NCBI GenBank assembly: GCA_041652575.1
Contig: JBAZHC010000001.1
Span: forward strand, 70,636 to 134,635
Origin: Phycisphaerae bacterium
Lineage (GTDB): Bacteria > Planctomycetota > Phycisphaerae > Sedimentisphaerales > UBA12454
Direction: 5' to 3'
Length of the DNA stretch: 64,000 bases
The position numbers and the translations under genes are program-made. Numbering within the stretch: the first letter of the stretch is position 1; each line of letters starts with the position of its first letter. Below, piece after piece: positions 46,343-57,089 of this stretch. Below the pieces are notes generated by a model that saw nothing but the letters and a program-made list of their open reading frames with translations, searched no databases and was not told the DNA's origin.

Positions 46343-46963
46343 ATGAATAAAAAAAATCTTGTAGTTGGAGCTATACTGGCAGGTTTTGGATTGCTTATTC
46401 TTTGCCTTGAATGTTCCGATGCGGCAAAGGATAAAACGACAGCACCGGCAAAAATCGGCATTGTGAGCATAAGAGAAATCTTCGATAACTGCGCGATGAA
46501 AACCGAGACCGAAAAAACTCTTGCTGCCGAAGGTGACAAGCGATTTGCCGAAATCAAGAAGCTTGAGCAGGATATAGATAATGATAAGACCGCCCTGGGC
46601 AAATTCAAAGAGGGCAGTCAGGAATATATGGATTTGCTTAAGGGCCTGATGATGAAACAGTCGCAGCTTGACGCCGGGAAAGAATTTTATCAGCAGGAAT
46701 TTACCTTAAAGGAAATGCGCAGCAAAGAGGATATTTATCGGAAAATCCTTGACGTTATCGCAAAGGTCGCCAAGGAAAAAGGCTACGATATAATTTTGAA
46801 CAGGGACGATAATTATCTTAATCAGCCGGAGACTTCGCCTCCTGCGCAGAATCCGACAGACCTTATTCTGACTACAAGAACGCATAAACTGCTTTATTTC
46901 AATAAAGACCTTGATATTACCGCTGAAGTGCTTATCGCTATGAACAGCGGCAGCAGTAAGTAA
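46343..46963 (+). CDS. skp: OmpH/Skp-family periplasmic chaperone
   Basis: A signal peptide, coiled-coil-rich content, and its position between bamA and lpxD. Confidence 0.75.
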   Translation: MNKKNLVVGAILAGFGLLILCLECSDAAKDKTTAPAKIGIVSIREIFDNCAMKTETEKTLAAEGDKRFAEIKKLEQDIDNDKTALGKFKEGSQEYMDLLKGLMMKQSQLDAGKEFYQQEFTLKEMRSKEDIYRKILDVIAKVAKEKGYDIILNRDDNYLNQPETSPPAQNPTDLILTTRTHKLLYFNKDLDITAEVLIAMNSGSSK

Positions 46964-46984
46964 TTAGTATTTTACCTTTTATCG

Positions 46985-48046
46985 GTGCAATTAAAGAAGA
47001 TGACGGAATTAAAAAAAATTACTGTAAGCGAGATTGCTGCCGTTATCGGGGCAGAGCTTATCGGTTCTGGACAGGCAAATGTTGTCGGGGTACTACCTTT
47101 TGACGCTGCCGGGCCGGACAGTATTACCTTTGCCGCAGATGAAAAACTTTTGGAAACCATATCGCTCTGCAAAGCCGCCGCTGTGATTGTAAACAAAAAA
47201 ACTGATTCGCCGATTCCGCTGCTTGTTGTGGACAATGTAGAGCGTGCCCTGATAGAGGCGCTTGAACAGTTTATGCCGACTCTTACGAAACCGGCGGCGG
47301 GAATACACAAAACCGCTGTAGTTGAAGCGGGAGCGATAGTAGATGCCACTGCCTCGATTGGCGCTCTTGCTTATATCAGAACAGGCGCCAAAATCGGGGA
47401 AAGAACTGTTATCGGCGCAGGCTGCAAAATAGGCGAAGGTTCGGTCATCGGCAAGGATTGCAGGCTTGAAGATAATGTGGTTGTGTATTACAAGTGCGTT
47501 ATCGGAAACAACTGTATCATCGGCGCCAATGCCGCAATCGGCGCAACCGGATTCGGCTATTATTTTATCGACGGTCAGCACAGGCTGATTCCGCATACGG
47601 GGTCTGTTTTGATTGAAGACTGCGTGGAAATCGGCGCAAATGGCTGTATTGACAGAGCGAAATTCGGCAACACTATAATCGGAGCGGGAACTAAAATAGA
47701 TAACCTTGTTCAGATTGCTCATAATGTAATAATCGGCAAGTGCTGTCTGATTGTTTCGCAGGCAGGCATTTCCGGCAGTACCAAACTCGGCAACGGCGTT
47801 GTCGTCGCGGGGCAGGCAGGCATAAGAGACCATATGACAATTGGCGACAGGGCCCAGATAGGCGCACAGGCAGGTGTAATGACTAATATTGGCTCGAATG
47901 AAAAAGTTGTCGGTTCGCCGGCCATAGATGTCAAAGATTTTTTTAGACAGGTGCTTCTGAAGCATAAACTGCCTGAAATGAGCAAACAATTGAAACAGTT
48001 GATAAAGAAGGTAGAAGAACTTGAAGCCGCAAAAAACAATAGCTGA
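46985..48046 (+). CDS. lpxD: UDP-3-O-acylglucosamine N-acyltransferase
   Basis: An N-terminal LpxD domain, long hexapeptide repeats (IG.N..IG..A.IG), and a C-terminal helix. Confidence 0.9.
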   Translation: MQLKKMTELKKITVSEIAAVIGAELIGSGQANVVGVLPFDAAGPDSITFAADEKLLETISLCKAAAVIVNKKTDSPIPLLVVDNVERALIEALEQFMPTLTKPAAGIHKTAVVEAGAIVDATASIGALAYIRTGAKIGERTVIGAGCKIGEGSVIGKDCRLEDNVVVYYKCVIGNNCIIGANAAIGATGFGYYFIDGQHRLIPHTGSVLIEDCVEIGANGCIDRAKFGNTIIGAGTKIDNLVQIAHNVIIGKCCLIVSQAGISGSTKLGNGVVVAGQAGIRDHMTIGDRAQIGAQAGVMTNIGSNEKVVGSPAIDVKDFFRQVLLKHKLPEMSKQLKQLIKKVEELEAAKNNS

Positions 48047-49331
48047 TCAGGCCAGGCTTTCCGGTAAAGGAATGTTTGGCGGCCAGGAAGTCAGGGTGCT
48101 TTTCCGCTCCGCTGATGTCGATACCGGCATTGTTTTTATCAGGAAAGATACGCCTGAACCTGTGCGGATAGAAGCTAATGTAAAAAATATCGGTGAACGC
48201 AGCAGAAGAACGGCGATAAAAAAAGGAGATGCGAGCATCGAGACCATAGAGCACTGCATGGCCGCCATAAACGCTCTTGAGATTAACAATATTATAATTG
48301 AAGTTGAAGGGCCTGAATTGCCGGGCTTTGACGGCGGCCCCGGCGAATACTTTAAAACCCTGAAGAAGTGCGGTTTTGTTGAACAATCAAAACCGCGAAA
48401 AGAGCTTGTGATTACCGAGCCGATTACTCTCTCCGATGGCGACGCTTCTATTTATGCACTTCCCGCCTCTGCCGATGAATTGCAGATTACTTATGATTTG
48501 GATTATACGAAACATACAGGCATAGGCCGGCAAATGCTTAGCTGTACGCTGACGACTGAATATTTCGAGACGAACCTGGCGCCTGCGAGGACGTTTTTAC
48601 TCGAAGCCGAGGCGAAACAATTTCAGTCTCACGGCATTGGTACCCACTTAAGTCCGCGGGAAATTCTTGTTATAAATTCAGACGGCCCGATTAAAAACAG
48701 TTTTCGTTTCCCCGATGAGTGTGTCAGGCACAAGATTGTCGATTTGATTGGCGATATCGCTCTTACGGGAAGACATGTATGCGGAAGAATCGTAGCTTAT
48801 AAAAGCGGCCACAGCCTTAATCAGAAGCTCGCGGCCAAACTGCTCCAAATAGCGGAACATCAGGACAGGATAACAAAAGCCGGAACCGATGCGCTGCTTG
48901 ATATTCGCAGGATACAAAAAATTCTGCCGCACCGTTACCCGTTTCTGCTCGTGGACAAGATTATAGAAATTGACGGCGACAGGCTTATTAAGGGCGTCAA
49001 AAACGTAACTTATAATGAATTATTTTTCCAGGGGCATTTCCCCGGCACGCCGATAATGCCCGGCGTTCTTATTCTCGAAGCGCTTGCGCAGGTCTCTGGT
49101 CTGCTTTTCGCACAGAAGCTCGAACATACCGGAAAACTCGCGCTTTTGCTCGGTATGGATAATGTCAAGCTGCGAAAGCCTGTTGTGCCGGGCGACCAGT
49201 TGATTCTTATTTCCGAAGCGGTAAGAACCCGCAGCAAAACCGCCGTATGCAAATGTCTTGCTATGGTCGGAGACGTAAAGGCTGCCGAAGCCGAGATAAA
49301 GTTTATGCTCGTAGATGACGAGACTGTATAA
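48021..49331 (+). CDS. Bifunctional UDP-3-O-acyl-GlcNAc deacetylase / 3-hydroxyacyl-ACP dehydratase (LpxC-FabZ fusion)
   Basis: The LpxC part has ETIEHCMAAI...HKIVDLIGD...GHSLN. The FabZ part has LPHRYPFLLVDKI...FFQGHFPG.PIMPGVL. Confidence 0.9.
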   Translation: MKPQKTIADQARLSGKGMFGGQEVRVLFRSADVDTGIVFIRKDTPEPVRIEANVKNIGERSRRTAIKKGDASIETIEHCMAAINALEINNIIIEVEGPELPGFDGGPGEYFKTLKKCGFVEQSKPRKELVITEPITLSDGDASIYALPASADELQITYDLDYTKHTGIGRQMLSCTLTTEYFETNLAPARTFLLEAEAKQFQSHGIGTHLSPREILVINSDGPIKNSFRFPDECVRHKIVDLIGDIALTGRHVCGRIVAYKSGHSLNQKLAAKLLQIAEHQDRITKAGTDALLDIRRIQKILPHRYPFLLVDKIIEIDGDRLIKGVKNVTYNELFFQGHFPGTPIMPGVLILEALAQVSGLLFAQKLEHTGKLALLLGMDNVKLRKPVVPGDQLILISEAVRTRSKTAVCKCLAMVGDVKAAEAEIKFMLVDDETV

Positions 49332-49356
49332 TAATTTTTTTCAGGAAAACAACGAA

Positions 49357-50172
49357 ATGACTAAAATACATCCAACAGCGGTAATTGAACCAAGTGCTCA
49401 GCTCGGCAAAGATGTTGTGGTTGGGCCGAATTGTTTTATCGATTCCGGAGCGCAAATAGGCGACGGCTGCATTTTTGACGCCAATGTAGTAATGGGCAAG
49501 AATGTAAAAGTCGGTAAGAAAAATATATTTTACGCAGGCAGTGTAATCGGAAGGAATCCGCAAATGCTCGGCGCCACTCCCGATACTCCTTTTGGCGCTC
49601 TTGAAATCGGCGATGAAAATCTGATCCGTGAATATGTTACGATACACCCGAGCATCTTCATGGATGCCGCTACAAAAGTCGGGAATAATAATATGTTTAT
49701 GGTCGGAGTACACATCGGCCACGACTGCATAGTCGAAAACAATACCGTCCTCAGCAATAATACACAGATAAGCGGACACTGCAAAATCGAAAACGGCGTC
49801 TGGCTCAGCGGCACAGTTCAAATTCATCAGTTCGTAACAGTAGGCAAATGGGCTTATGCGACGGCGCTGTCCGGACTCAATCACGATGTTCCTCCTTTTA
49901 TTACCGTAAGCGGCCATTACCCGCCGGAAGTCAGATTGGTAAACGAAAGAGGAATGATCCGAGCAGGCCTCAACGAAGAGCAGAAAAGAGCGATTTTAGA
50001 TGCCTTTAAGTTTTTGTATAAAAGCAAAACGCCGCTCCTTGAAAACGTCAAAACTCTTGCCGCAAAAGGCGGCCTCGATGAAAATGTGCAGGCAATGGTC
50101 GATTCTATCCTGAGAAGCAATGAGCACCGTTTCTGCAGACACCTTGAGTCGCTTAGAAGAAAAGGACATTAG
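49357..50172 (+). CDS. lpxA: Acyl-ACP--UDP-GlcNAc O-acyltransferase
   Basis: Contains MTKIHPTAVIEPSAQLG, hexapeptide repeats, and the LpxA C-terminal helical domain. Confidence 0.9.
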   Translation: MTKIHPTAVIEPSAQLGKDVVVGPNCFIDSGAQIGDGCIFDANVVMGKNVKVGKKNIFYAGSVIGRNPQMLGATPDTPFGALEIGDENLIREYVTIHPSIFMDAATKVGNNNMFMVGVHIGHDCIVENNTVLSNNTQISGHCKIENGVWLSGTVQIHQFVTVGKWAYATALSGLNHDVPPFITVSGHYPPEVRLVNERGMIRAGLNEEQKRAILDAFKFLYKSKTPLLENVKTLAAKGGLDENVQAMVDSILRSNEHRFCRHLESLRRKGH

Positions 50173-50178
50173 CTTCAG

Positions 50179-51183
50179 ATGGACAAAATCAGAACAGCCG
50201 TAGTCGGCGCAGGCAAAATGGGGCAAATTCACGCCAAGGTTCTCAGTAAACTGCCGCAAAGCAGTCTTGTCGCGATAGTCGATGTTCAGCAGGACAAGGC
50301 AAGGAAACTGGCCAAAGAATTTAAATGCGAATTTTTTACCGACCCCAAAGAAATCATCGGCAAAGTCGATGCTGTAACAATTTCCGCTCCGACCCAGAGC
50401 CATCTTGCTCTGGCCGAACTTTTCATAAGCAATCATATACCGGTACTCATCGAAAAACCTCTTGCCGCAAGCGCAGAGCAGGGCGAAAAAATCGTTTCAC
50501 TTTCTAAAGAATACGATACTGTCGTCGCTGTAGGCCATTCGGAAAGATGTAATCCGGTCGTGCAGGCGATGAAAAGGCTGAAAATCGAGCCGAAGTTTAT
50601 CGAAGCGACAAGAATCAGCCCGTATTCTTTCCGCTCGACGGATATCGGCGTTGTTCTCGATGTGATGATTCACGATATCGATATAATTCTCGCCCTTGCC
50701 CAAAGCCCCGTAAAAAAAGTCGATGCCTTCGGCGTAAATGTGATTGGAGATGCAGAGGATATTTGCAACTCGAGGATATTTTTCGAAAACGGCTGTGTCG
50801 CCAACGTTACCGCGTCGAGATTGGCACTGAAAACCGTAAGAAAAATTCGTGTCTTCAGCAGGCAGGCGTATTTAAGTCTCGATTTTTTCAAAAAAGAAGG
50901 CATCGTGATTAAAACGGACCCGAACGTTGACGCTGTAAAATGGGTCAAGGAAAAACAGGCTCTCGGCAATTTCGATTTCACAGGCGTAAACTGGCCCGAC
51001 CTGCTGCATATAGAAAATCTCAGTATAGATGATAAGGAGCCGCTTCGTCTCGAGCAGGAATCGTTTTTAAATGCCGTTGCCGATAAAAACAATCGTCCCG
51101 AAGTAACCGCTGAAGAAGGCTTGGCCGCCCTCAAATGTGCCGAGGCAATTCTAAAATCCGTCAAAGAGCACAAATGGGACTGA
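50179..51183 (+). CDS. Gfo/Idh/MocA-family NAD(P)-dependent oxidoreductase
   Basis: The N-terminal Rossmann motif is IRTAVVGAGKMGQIHAK, followed by EKPLA. Confidence 0.8.
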   Translation: MDKIRTAVVGAGKMGQIHAKVLSKLPQSSLVAIVDVQQDKARKLAKEFKCEFFTDPKEIIGKVDAVTISAPTQSHLALAELFISNHIPVLIEKPLAASAEQGEKIVSLSKEYDTVVAVGHSERCNPVVQAMKRLKIEPKFIEATRISPYSFRSTDIGVVLDVMIHDIDIILALAQSPVKKVDAFGVNVIGDAEDICNSRIFFENGCVANVTASRLALKTVRKIRVFSRQAYLSLDFFKKEGIVIKTDPNVDAVKWVKEKQALGNFDFTGVNWPDLLHIENLSIDDKEPLRLEQESFLNAVADKNNRPEVTAEEGLAALKCAEAILKSVKEHKWD

Positions 51184-51188
51184 TAATT

Positions 51189-52226
51189 TTATAGTTTGAA
51201 ATTCCTCGCTGTTTCCATAAATACCTGCATATTTTTCAACGGCGTTCCCGGCGGCAAATCGCAGCCTGTACTCAAAATAAAATTGGGATATTTCGCTGTT
51301 TTTTCCAATAAATCTTTTGTTGTCTCGGCGACCAGTTCCGGCGAGCCGTCTTTCATTATTTTTGTCGGATTGACATTTCCAATTACCACAACTTTTTGAG
51401 GTACTTTTTCAAGCATTTTTACAATGTTAACTCCTGTCTCCGGGGAATCTACACTCAATGCCCCAACGCCGCTTTTTACCATCCCGTCTATCAGGTGCAT
51501 TGTATTGCCGCATATATGATAAATCGTATCTACGCCGGCGTATCTATAGATTTGCAGGATGTGATTTACATATTGACCGCTGAATCGCTCGAATTGCTGC
51601 GGCCCCAAAATTACTCCCGTCGGTTCAAGAATGCATATCATATCCGCCCCTGCGTTTACAAGGGAACGCGCGTATTCGATAATTATCGATGTGCTGAATT
51701 TGCATAGTTCATCGAGTTTTTCAGGATCGAGTATCGAATCCATCGCGACCTGCTGAGCGCCCTCGAGCAAACCGGCCAGCGTAACCGGACCAATAACATA
51801 AGCGCCGACAAGAACATTATCAGGCAGACCGAGCTTCATCATTTCGATGGTTTTTATATACGACTGAATTCTCGCATCGTGCAGAATATTTATCCGCCGT
51901 AAATAATCGAGGTCGTCAACATTGTTAATCGGATGATGTTCGACTGTGCTCGATTCGTGAGTCGGGAAACGTACAGGCAGCCCGAGCGCGTTCGCCTCGA
52001 CAGAAAGGTCCATCATCATAAAGGCCGCATCCGGTTTTAGCTGGCTGACCAATGCCTCGATGCAGTTGTAATGCATACCGTAATTTTGCTGGGCGACTTT
52101 AATCGACATATTCAAAAGGTCGCAGCCCGGAAAACCGACCAGCGGCGCGGCAAGTCTTTTTTTCTCTGTATAAGCTTCAGCGGCAATCGCAGCGAGAGTT
52201 TTTCTTTTTATAAGCGAACTTATCAT
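51189..52226 (-). CDS. Uroporphyrinogen decarboxylase (URO-D) family protein, MtaA/CmuA-like
   Basis: 345 aa with a TIM-barrel URO-D-like pattern (...ILEPTG...HICGNT...). The specific function is unclear. Confidence 0.6.
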   Translation of the reverse strand: MISSLIKRKTLAAIAAEAYTEKKRLAAPLVGFPGCDLLNMSIKVAQQNYGMHYNCIEALVSQLKPDAAFMMMDLSVEANALGLPVRFPTHESSTVEHHPINNVDDLDYLRRINILHDARIQSYIKTIEMMKLGLPDNVLVGAYVIGPVTLAGLLEGAQQVAMDSILDPEKLDELCKFSTSIIIEYARSLVNAGADMICILEPTGVILGPQQFERFSGQYVNHILQIYRYAGVDTIYHICGNTMHLIDGMVKSGVGALSVDSPETGVNIVKMLEKVPQKVVVIGNVNPTKIMKDGSPELVAETTKDLLEKTAKYPNFILSTGCDLPPGTPLKNMQVFMETARNFKL

Positions 52227-52372
52227 ATTCTAATTCCTTAGGTAAAATCCGTTTAGAAATGCTTTACGTTATGTCTTAATTATATGAAATACGGAATCGG
52301 ATAGCTCAATCTATCGGTTTGATTTTTTGTACTATCCTGCTGTTTTCGCCTTTTTTTAACGAATAAACGAGT

Positions 52373-53047
52373 TTAAAAGCGTATTTTCAGCCTTGTTACG
52401 GTTTGATGTGCGACCCTGCTCGGCTCAGGCAAACGATACTTCCCGCAGCAATCAAGCACAATTCTTACAGCATCTTCGAGTCTGCATTTGAAACCCACGG
52501 AAACGAAAACCGGTTTTACATTATTGCGGGTTCTGACGACCGAGCCGATGATTTCATTTTTATCTTTGAGAGGACTTGTCGAACCTTTTGCCTCGGCGGG
52601 ATTTTCAAACTCGCCGATTAGTCTGCTTTTTGCGCAGCCTATTGTCGGAATGTCGAGAAAGAGGCCCAGATGGCTCGCAAGCCCTAATCTTCGCGGATGA
52701 GCTATTCCCTGACCGTCAACGATTATGCAGTCCGGAACGATTTTAAGTTTTTCAGCCGCCGCAAGACAAACCGGCGCTTCGCGAAACGATAACAGCCCGG
52801 GAATATATGGAAATGTTACCGGCAGTATCGAGTATGCCGCTTCGATAATCTCGAAAGTTCCGGCCGATAAAACAATTATGCAGGCGGCGATATTTTTTTT
52901 ATCTTTTGTAAAACCGCAATCTACGCCGGCGATGGTTTTTATTTTTTTGTTGAATTTGCATGGGACGATTTGCCCGGCAAGGCTTTTTTGAAGCTCAATC
53001 GCCTTTTTGACGCTTATGTCCCAATTGTGTAAGTTCTTTATCTTCAT
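52373..53047 (-). CDS. nfi: Endonuclease V (deoxyinosine 3' endonuclease)
   Basis: Contains IAGVDCGF, FPYIPGLLSFREAP, VDGQGIAHPRRLGLASHLG and IGCAKS. The start was placed at MKIKNLHNW (53047). Confidence 0.9.
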   Translation of the reverse strand: MKIKNLHNWDISVKKAIELQKSLAGQIVPCKFNKKIKTIAGVDCGFTKDKKNIAACIIVLSAGTFEIIEAAYSILPVTFPYIPGLLSFREAPVCLAAAEKLKIVPDCIIVDGQGIAHPRRLGLASHLGLFLDIPTIGCAKSRLIGEFENPAEAKGSTSPLKDKNEIIGSVVRTRNNVKPVFVSVGFKCRLEDAVRIVLDCCGKYRLPEPSRVAHQTVTRLKIRF

Positions 53048-53169
53048 TAGTTTATGGTTTCGCCCGGATAAATGTATTTTACTTATTGAATGGTTTTGGT
53101 ACAATAGCCAAATTGGTTTATTGCCTTTTTTCTCAAGGCGGATACCAACAGTAAGCAAAAGGGAAAATA

Positions 53170-56025
53170 ATGCAGAAATCTATAAAAGTTGTCGGGGCTT
53201 GCCAGCACAATCTTAAGAATATAAGTGTCGAGGTTCCTCGCGATAAATTTGTCGTTATTACCGGCATCAGCGGCTCCGGAAAAAGTTCGCTTGCGTTCGA
53301 TACGATATACGCCGAAGGTCAGCGAAAATATGTCGAGTCTTTAAGCGCCTACGCCCGTCAGTTTCTCGAACAGATGCAAAAACCTGATGTTGAGTACATC
53401 GAAGGTCTCCCCCCGACAATCGCGATTGAGCAGAGAAGCGCCGCCAGCAATCCCCGTTCGACCGTTGCCACGACAACCGAGATTTACGATTACTGCAGGG
53501 TTCTCTTCGCAAGGGCAGGCACGCCGCACTGCTGGATTTGCGGAAAAGAAATCGCCAGCCAGCATTCGACGCAAATTGTTGACAGCATAATGTCGCTGCC
53601 GCAGGAAACTAAGGTGCAGATTTGCGCTCCGCTTATCCGCGGCCAGAAAGGCGAGCACAAGGAAATCTTCATAGGGATTCAAAGCGAAGGTTTCGTGCGT
53701 GTCCGCGTTGACGGAATTATTTACGACGTAAAGAGTGTTCCAAGGCTGGACAAAAACAAAAAGCACGATATTGCCGCTGTTATCGACAGGCTTATTATAA
53801 AAGATACGGTACGAATTCGTCTTGCGGATTCTGTTGAAGCTGCGCTGAAGATTGGCGAAGGCCTGATATTTGTAATGGTTCAGGAGCCCAGCGACGGCAA
53901 ACAAAACGGGGGCTCCGGAGGGTGGCGCGACCTTGTATTCAGCGAAAAATTCGCCTGCAACGAGCATCCTGAAGCATCTCTCGAGGAACTTTCGCCGAGA
54001 CTTTTCAGTTTTAACAGTCCTTACGGCGCCTGCGGAAGCTGCGATGGCCTTGGAACGATACTCGAATTTGACGAAGACCTGATTGTGCCGGACAGAAATC
54101 TTTCCCTTGAAAACGGGGCAATCGACGCCTGGCGCAAGGGCGGCAAGAGAATGAATATTTTCTACAGCAGATTGATAATGAAATTCTGCAGAGATTTCGA
54201 AATAAGCAAACAGACGCCTTTTTTAAAGATACCTACTGACATAAAAAAAATTCTTATGCACGGTACTACGGAAGAAGACGAAAAAAAATTCGGGACATAT
54301 TTTGAAGGAGTTATGCCGAATCTTGACAAGAGATGGAAAAATACTTCCAGCGAGTATGTCAAGGCCCGGCTCCACAGCTATCTTTCCGAGCAGCCGTGCA
54401 GAACCTGCAACGGCGCAAGACTCCGCAAAGAGGCCGTCGCTGTCACCATAGGCGATAAAAACATAAACGAAATTGCCCGGATGAGCGTTGAAGAATCGCA
54501 GAAATTTTTTAGCGAGCTTAAATACGAAGGCGAAAAAGCCCTTATCGCCGTCCAGCCGCTAAAGGAAATAAAAGCAAGATTGAAATTTCTTGTCGACGTT
54601 GGCCTGGGTTATATTACTCTTGACCGCAGAAGCGGAACATTAAGCGGCGGAGAGGCCCAGCGTATAAGACTTGCCACGCAGGTCGGCAGCGGACTTGTCG
54701 GCTGCTGTTATGTCCTCGACGAACCGACCATCGGCCTGCACAGACGCGATAACGACAGGCTGCTCGGCATATTAAGAAAACTGACTGACATAGGAAATAC
54801 AGTTCTTGTTGTCGAACACGATGAAGATGTTATCAAAAGCGCCGATTATGTAATTGATATCGGTCCGGCTGCCGGCGACCACGGCGGAGAACTTATCGCG
54901 CAGGGGTCTGTAAAGGATATATGTGCGGCTCCGCGTTCCATGACAGGCGATTATCTTTCCGGCAGAAAAAAAATCGAACTGCCCGCAAGAAGACGAAAAG
55001 TCAGGATGAATCACTGCATTGAAATCAAAGGTGCCTGCGAAAATAATCTGAAAAATATCGACGTTAAATTTCCCCTCGGCGTTTTTACCTGTGTTACAGG
55101 CGTTTCAGGCTCGGGCAAAAGTACGCTCGTTACTGAAATTCTCCTGAAAGGACTTTGGAGAAAATTATATTACTCCGGCGCCAAACCCGGCAAACACAAA
55201 AACATCCTTGGCACAAGTCAGATTGACAAGGTTATAGAAATCGACCAGTCGCCGATTGGCAAAACCCCTCGAAGCAATCCCGTTACCTACACTGGCGTAT
55301 TCGACCTTATAAGGCAGTTATTTGCCAAGACCCGTGAAGCTCGAATCAGAGGCTATAGCGCCGGCAGGTTCAGTTTTAATATCAAAGGCGGCAGATGCGA
55401 ACACTGCCAGGGCCAGGGCACCAAAAAAATAGAGATGCACTTTTTGCCGGACGTTTATGTTATCTGTCAGCAGTGTAAGGGCAGTAAATACAATCCTGAA
55501 ACGCTTCAGATTACATATAAAGGCAAATCGATTGCCGATGTTCTCGATATGCGGATTGAGGAGTCGCTGAAGTTTTTCGCGAATTTCCCGAAGGTTGTTC
55601 GGCTGCTCAAAACCTTAAGCGACGTCGGCCTCGGTTATATGCAGCTTGGTCAATCCTCGACGACTCTTTCCGGCGGCGAAGCGCAGCGAGTCAAACTTGC
55701 CGCCGAGCTCGGCAAAACTTCGACAGGTCATACGTTATATCTTCTCGATGAGCCGACAACCGGTCTGCACTTTGCCGATATTCATAATTTGCTGAACGTG
55801 CTGCAGAGATTATGCGACCTCGGCAATACCGTAATTGTAATTGAGCACAATCTCGATGTTATAAAACTGGCTGATTATATTATTGACCTTGGCCCCGAAG
55901 GCGGCCAGGCCGGCGGAAATGTTATCGCCACCGGCTCGCCAGAGGAAATTCTGAAATTCAAAATGAGCCATACTGCCGAATATCTCAGACAATATCTCAA
56001 TAACCGGCAGAAAAAGGACCAATAG
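53170..56025 (+). CDS. uvrA: Excinuclease ABC subunit A
   Basis: 951 aa with two ABC modules ([12 protein letters not shown] and [10 protein letters not shown]), zinc-finger cysteines, and two copies of LSGGEAQR. Confidence 0.97.
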   Translation: MQKSIKVVGACQHNLKNISVEVPRDKFVVITGISGSGKSSLAFDTIYAEGQRKYVESLSAYARQFLEQMQKPDVEYIEGLPPTIAIEQRSAASNPRSTVATTTEIYDYCRVLFARAGTPHCWICGKEIASQHSTQIVDSIMSLPQETKVQICAPLIRGQKGEHKEIFIGIQSEGFVRVRVDGIIYDVKSVPRLDKNKKHDIAAVIDRLIIKDTVRIRLADSVEAALKIGEGLIFVMVQEPSDGKQNGGSGGWRDLVFSEKFACNEHPEASLEELSPRLFSFNSPYGACGSCDGLGTILEFDEDLIVPDRNLSLENGAIDAWRKGGKRMNIFYSRLIMKFCRDFEISKQTPFLKIPTDIKKILMHGTTEEDEKKFGTYFEGVMPNLDKRWKNTSSEYVKARLHSYLSEQPCRTCNGARLRKEAVAVTIGDKNINEIARMSVEESQKFFSELKYEGEKALIAVQPLKEIKARLKFLVDVGLGYITLDRRSGTLSGGEAQRIRLATQVGSGLVGCCYVLDEPTIGLHRRDNDRLLGILRKLTDIGNTVLVVEHDEDVIKSADYVIDIGPAAGDHGGELIAQGSVKDICAAPRSMTGDYLSGRKKIELPARRRKVRMNHCIEIKGACENNLKNIDVKFPLGVFTCVTGVSGSGKSTLVTEILLKGLWRKLYYSGAKPGKHKNILGTSQIDKVIEIDQSPIGKTPRSNPVTYTGVFDLIRQLFAKTREARIRGYSAGRFSFNIKGGRCEHCQGQGTKKIEMHFLPDVYVICQQCKGSKYNPETLQITYKGKSIADVLDMRIEESLKFFANFPKVVRLLKTLSDVGLGYMQLGQSSTTLSGGEAQRVKLAAELGKTSTGHTLYLLDEPTTGLHFADIHNLLNVLQRLCDLGNTVIVIEHNLDVIKLADYIIDLGPEGGQAGGNVIATGSPEEILKFKMSHTAEYLRQYLNNRQKKDQ

Positions 56026-57089
56026 TGAAAACATTTACGACGCTTCAATGGACCGGCGATATCAATGGCTGTCTCGAACTGACGGACCAGCGAAAACTTC
56101 CCGCAGAATTTATCACGATACAATGCAAAACCACGGAACAATTATTTAACGCGATAAAAACCCTTGCCGTCAGGGGAGCCCCTGCAATCGGAGTTGCCGC
56201 CGGTTTTGGTATTTGCCTTGCGGCACAGCAGACAGAAAATTTAAAACTTTCAGACGCGGTAAAATATATTGAAGAGCAGGCTGATTTTCTTTCGAAATCG
56301 AGACCGACCGCGGTAAATCTATTTTGGGCCCTTGAAAGAATGAAAAAAACAGTCTGTGATTTCGCCGAAAAAAATCCAAACGCTGAAATTGATGATATGA
56401 GAAAATGCTTATTGAGCCAGGCGCAGAAGATTTACGATGAAGATGTAGAAATGTGCCGCAGGATAGGTCTCAATGGCGAAAAATTTATACCTGCCGGCGG
56501 AGCGATTCTGACGCATTGTAACGCCGGCGCTCTTGCCACGGCAGGCGATGGTACGGCAATTGCGCCGATATTTGAGGCGCAGAGAAAAGGAAAAAAATTT
56601 AAAGTCTATGCCGATGAGACAAGACCGCTTCTGCAGGGCGCAAGACTAACGGCATGGGAACTTAAACAGGCCGGCATCGATGTTACACTTATCTGCGACA
56701 ATATGGCGGGGACGTTAATGAAGGATGGAAAAATAAATGCCGTAATTGTCGGCGCAGACCGGATAACGGCCAATGGCGATACCGCAAATAAAATCGGAAC
56801 TTATTCTTTAAGTGTTCTCGCCAAAACGCACAATATACCGTTTTATGTCGCTGCGCCGTCAAGCACCTTCGATTTAAAATCGAAAAACGGCAGTCAAATC
56901 CCGATTGAGCAGAGAGAGCCTGACGAAGTGCTTAAGTTTATGGATGTTCAGATTGCACCTGCGGGCGTAAATGTGTATAATCCTGCTTTTGACGTAACGC
57001 CCGCGGAAAATATCACGGCGATAATTACTGAAAAAGGTGTTGTCCAGTGGCCGACAGAAGAAAAAATCCGAAAAATGCTAAGCCTTTAA
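56025..57089 (+). CDS. mtnA: S-methyl-5-thioribose-1-phosphate isomerase
   Basis: eIF-2B alpha/beta/delta-like fold with VRGAPAIGVAA, HCNAGALAT, ADETRP.LQGARLTAWEL and GADRI.ANGD.ANKIGTY. Confidence 0.9.
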   Translation: MKTFTTLQWTGDINGCLELTDQRKLPAEFITIQCKTTEQLFNAIKTLAVRGAPAIGVAAGFGICLAAQQTENLKLSDAVKYIEEQADFLSKSRPTAVNLFWALERMKKTVCDFAEKNPNAEIDDMRKCLLSQAQKIYDEDVEMCRRIGLNGEKFIPAGGAILTHCNAGALATAGDGTAIAPIFEAQRKGKKFKVYADETRPLLQGARLTAWELKQAGIDVTLICDNMAGTLMKDGKINAVIVGADRITANGDTANKIGTYSLSVLAKTHNIPFYVAAPSSTFDLKSKNGSQIPIEQREPDEVLKFMDVQIAPAGVNVYNPAFDVTPAENITAIITEKGVVQWPTEEKIRKMLSL

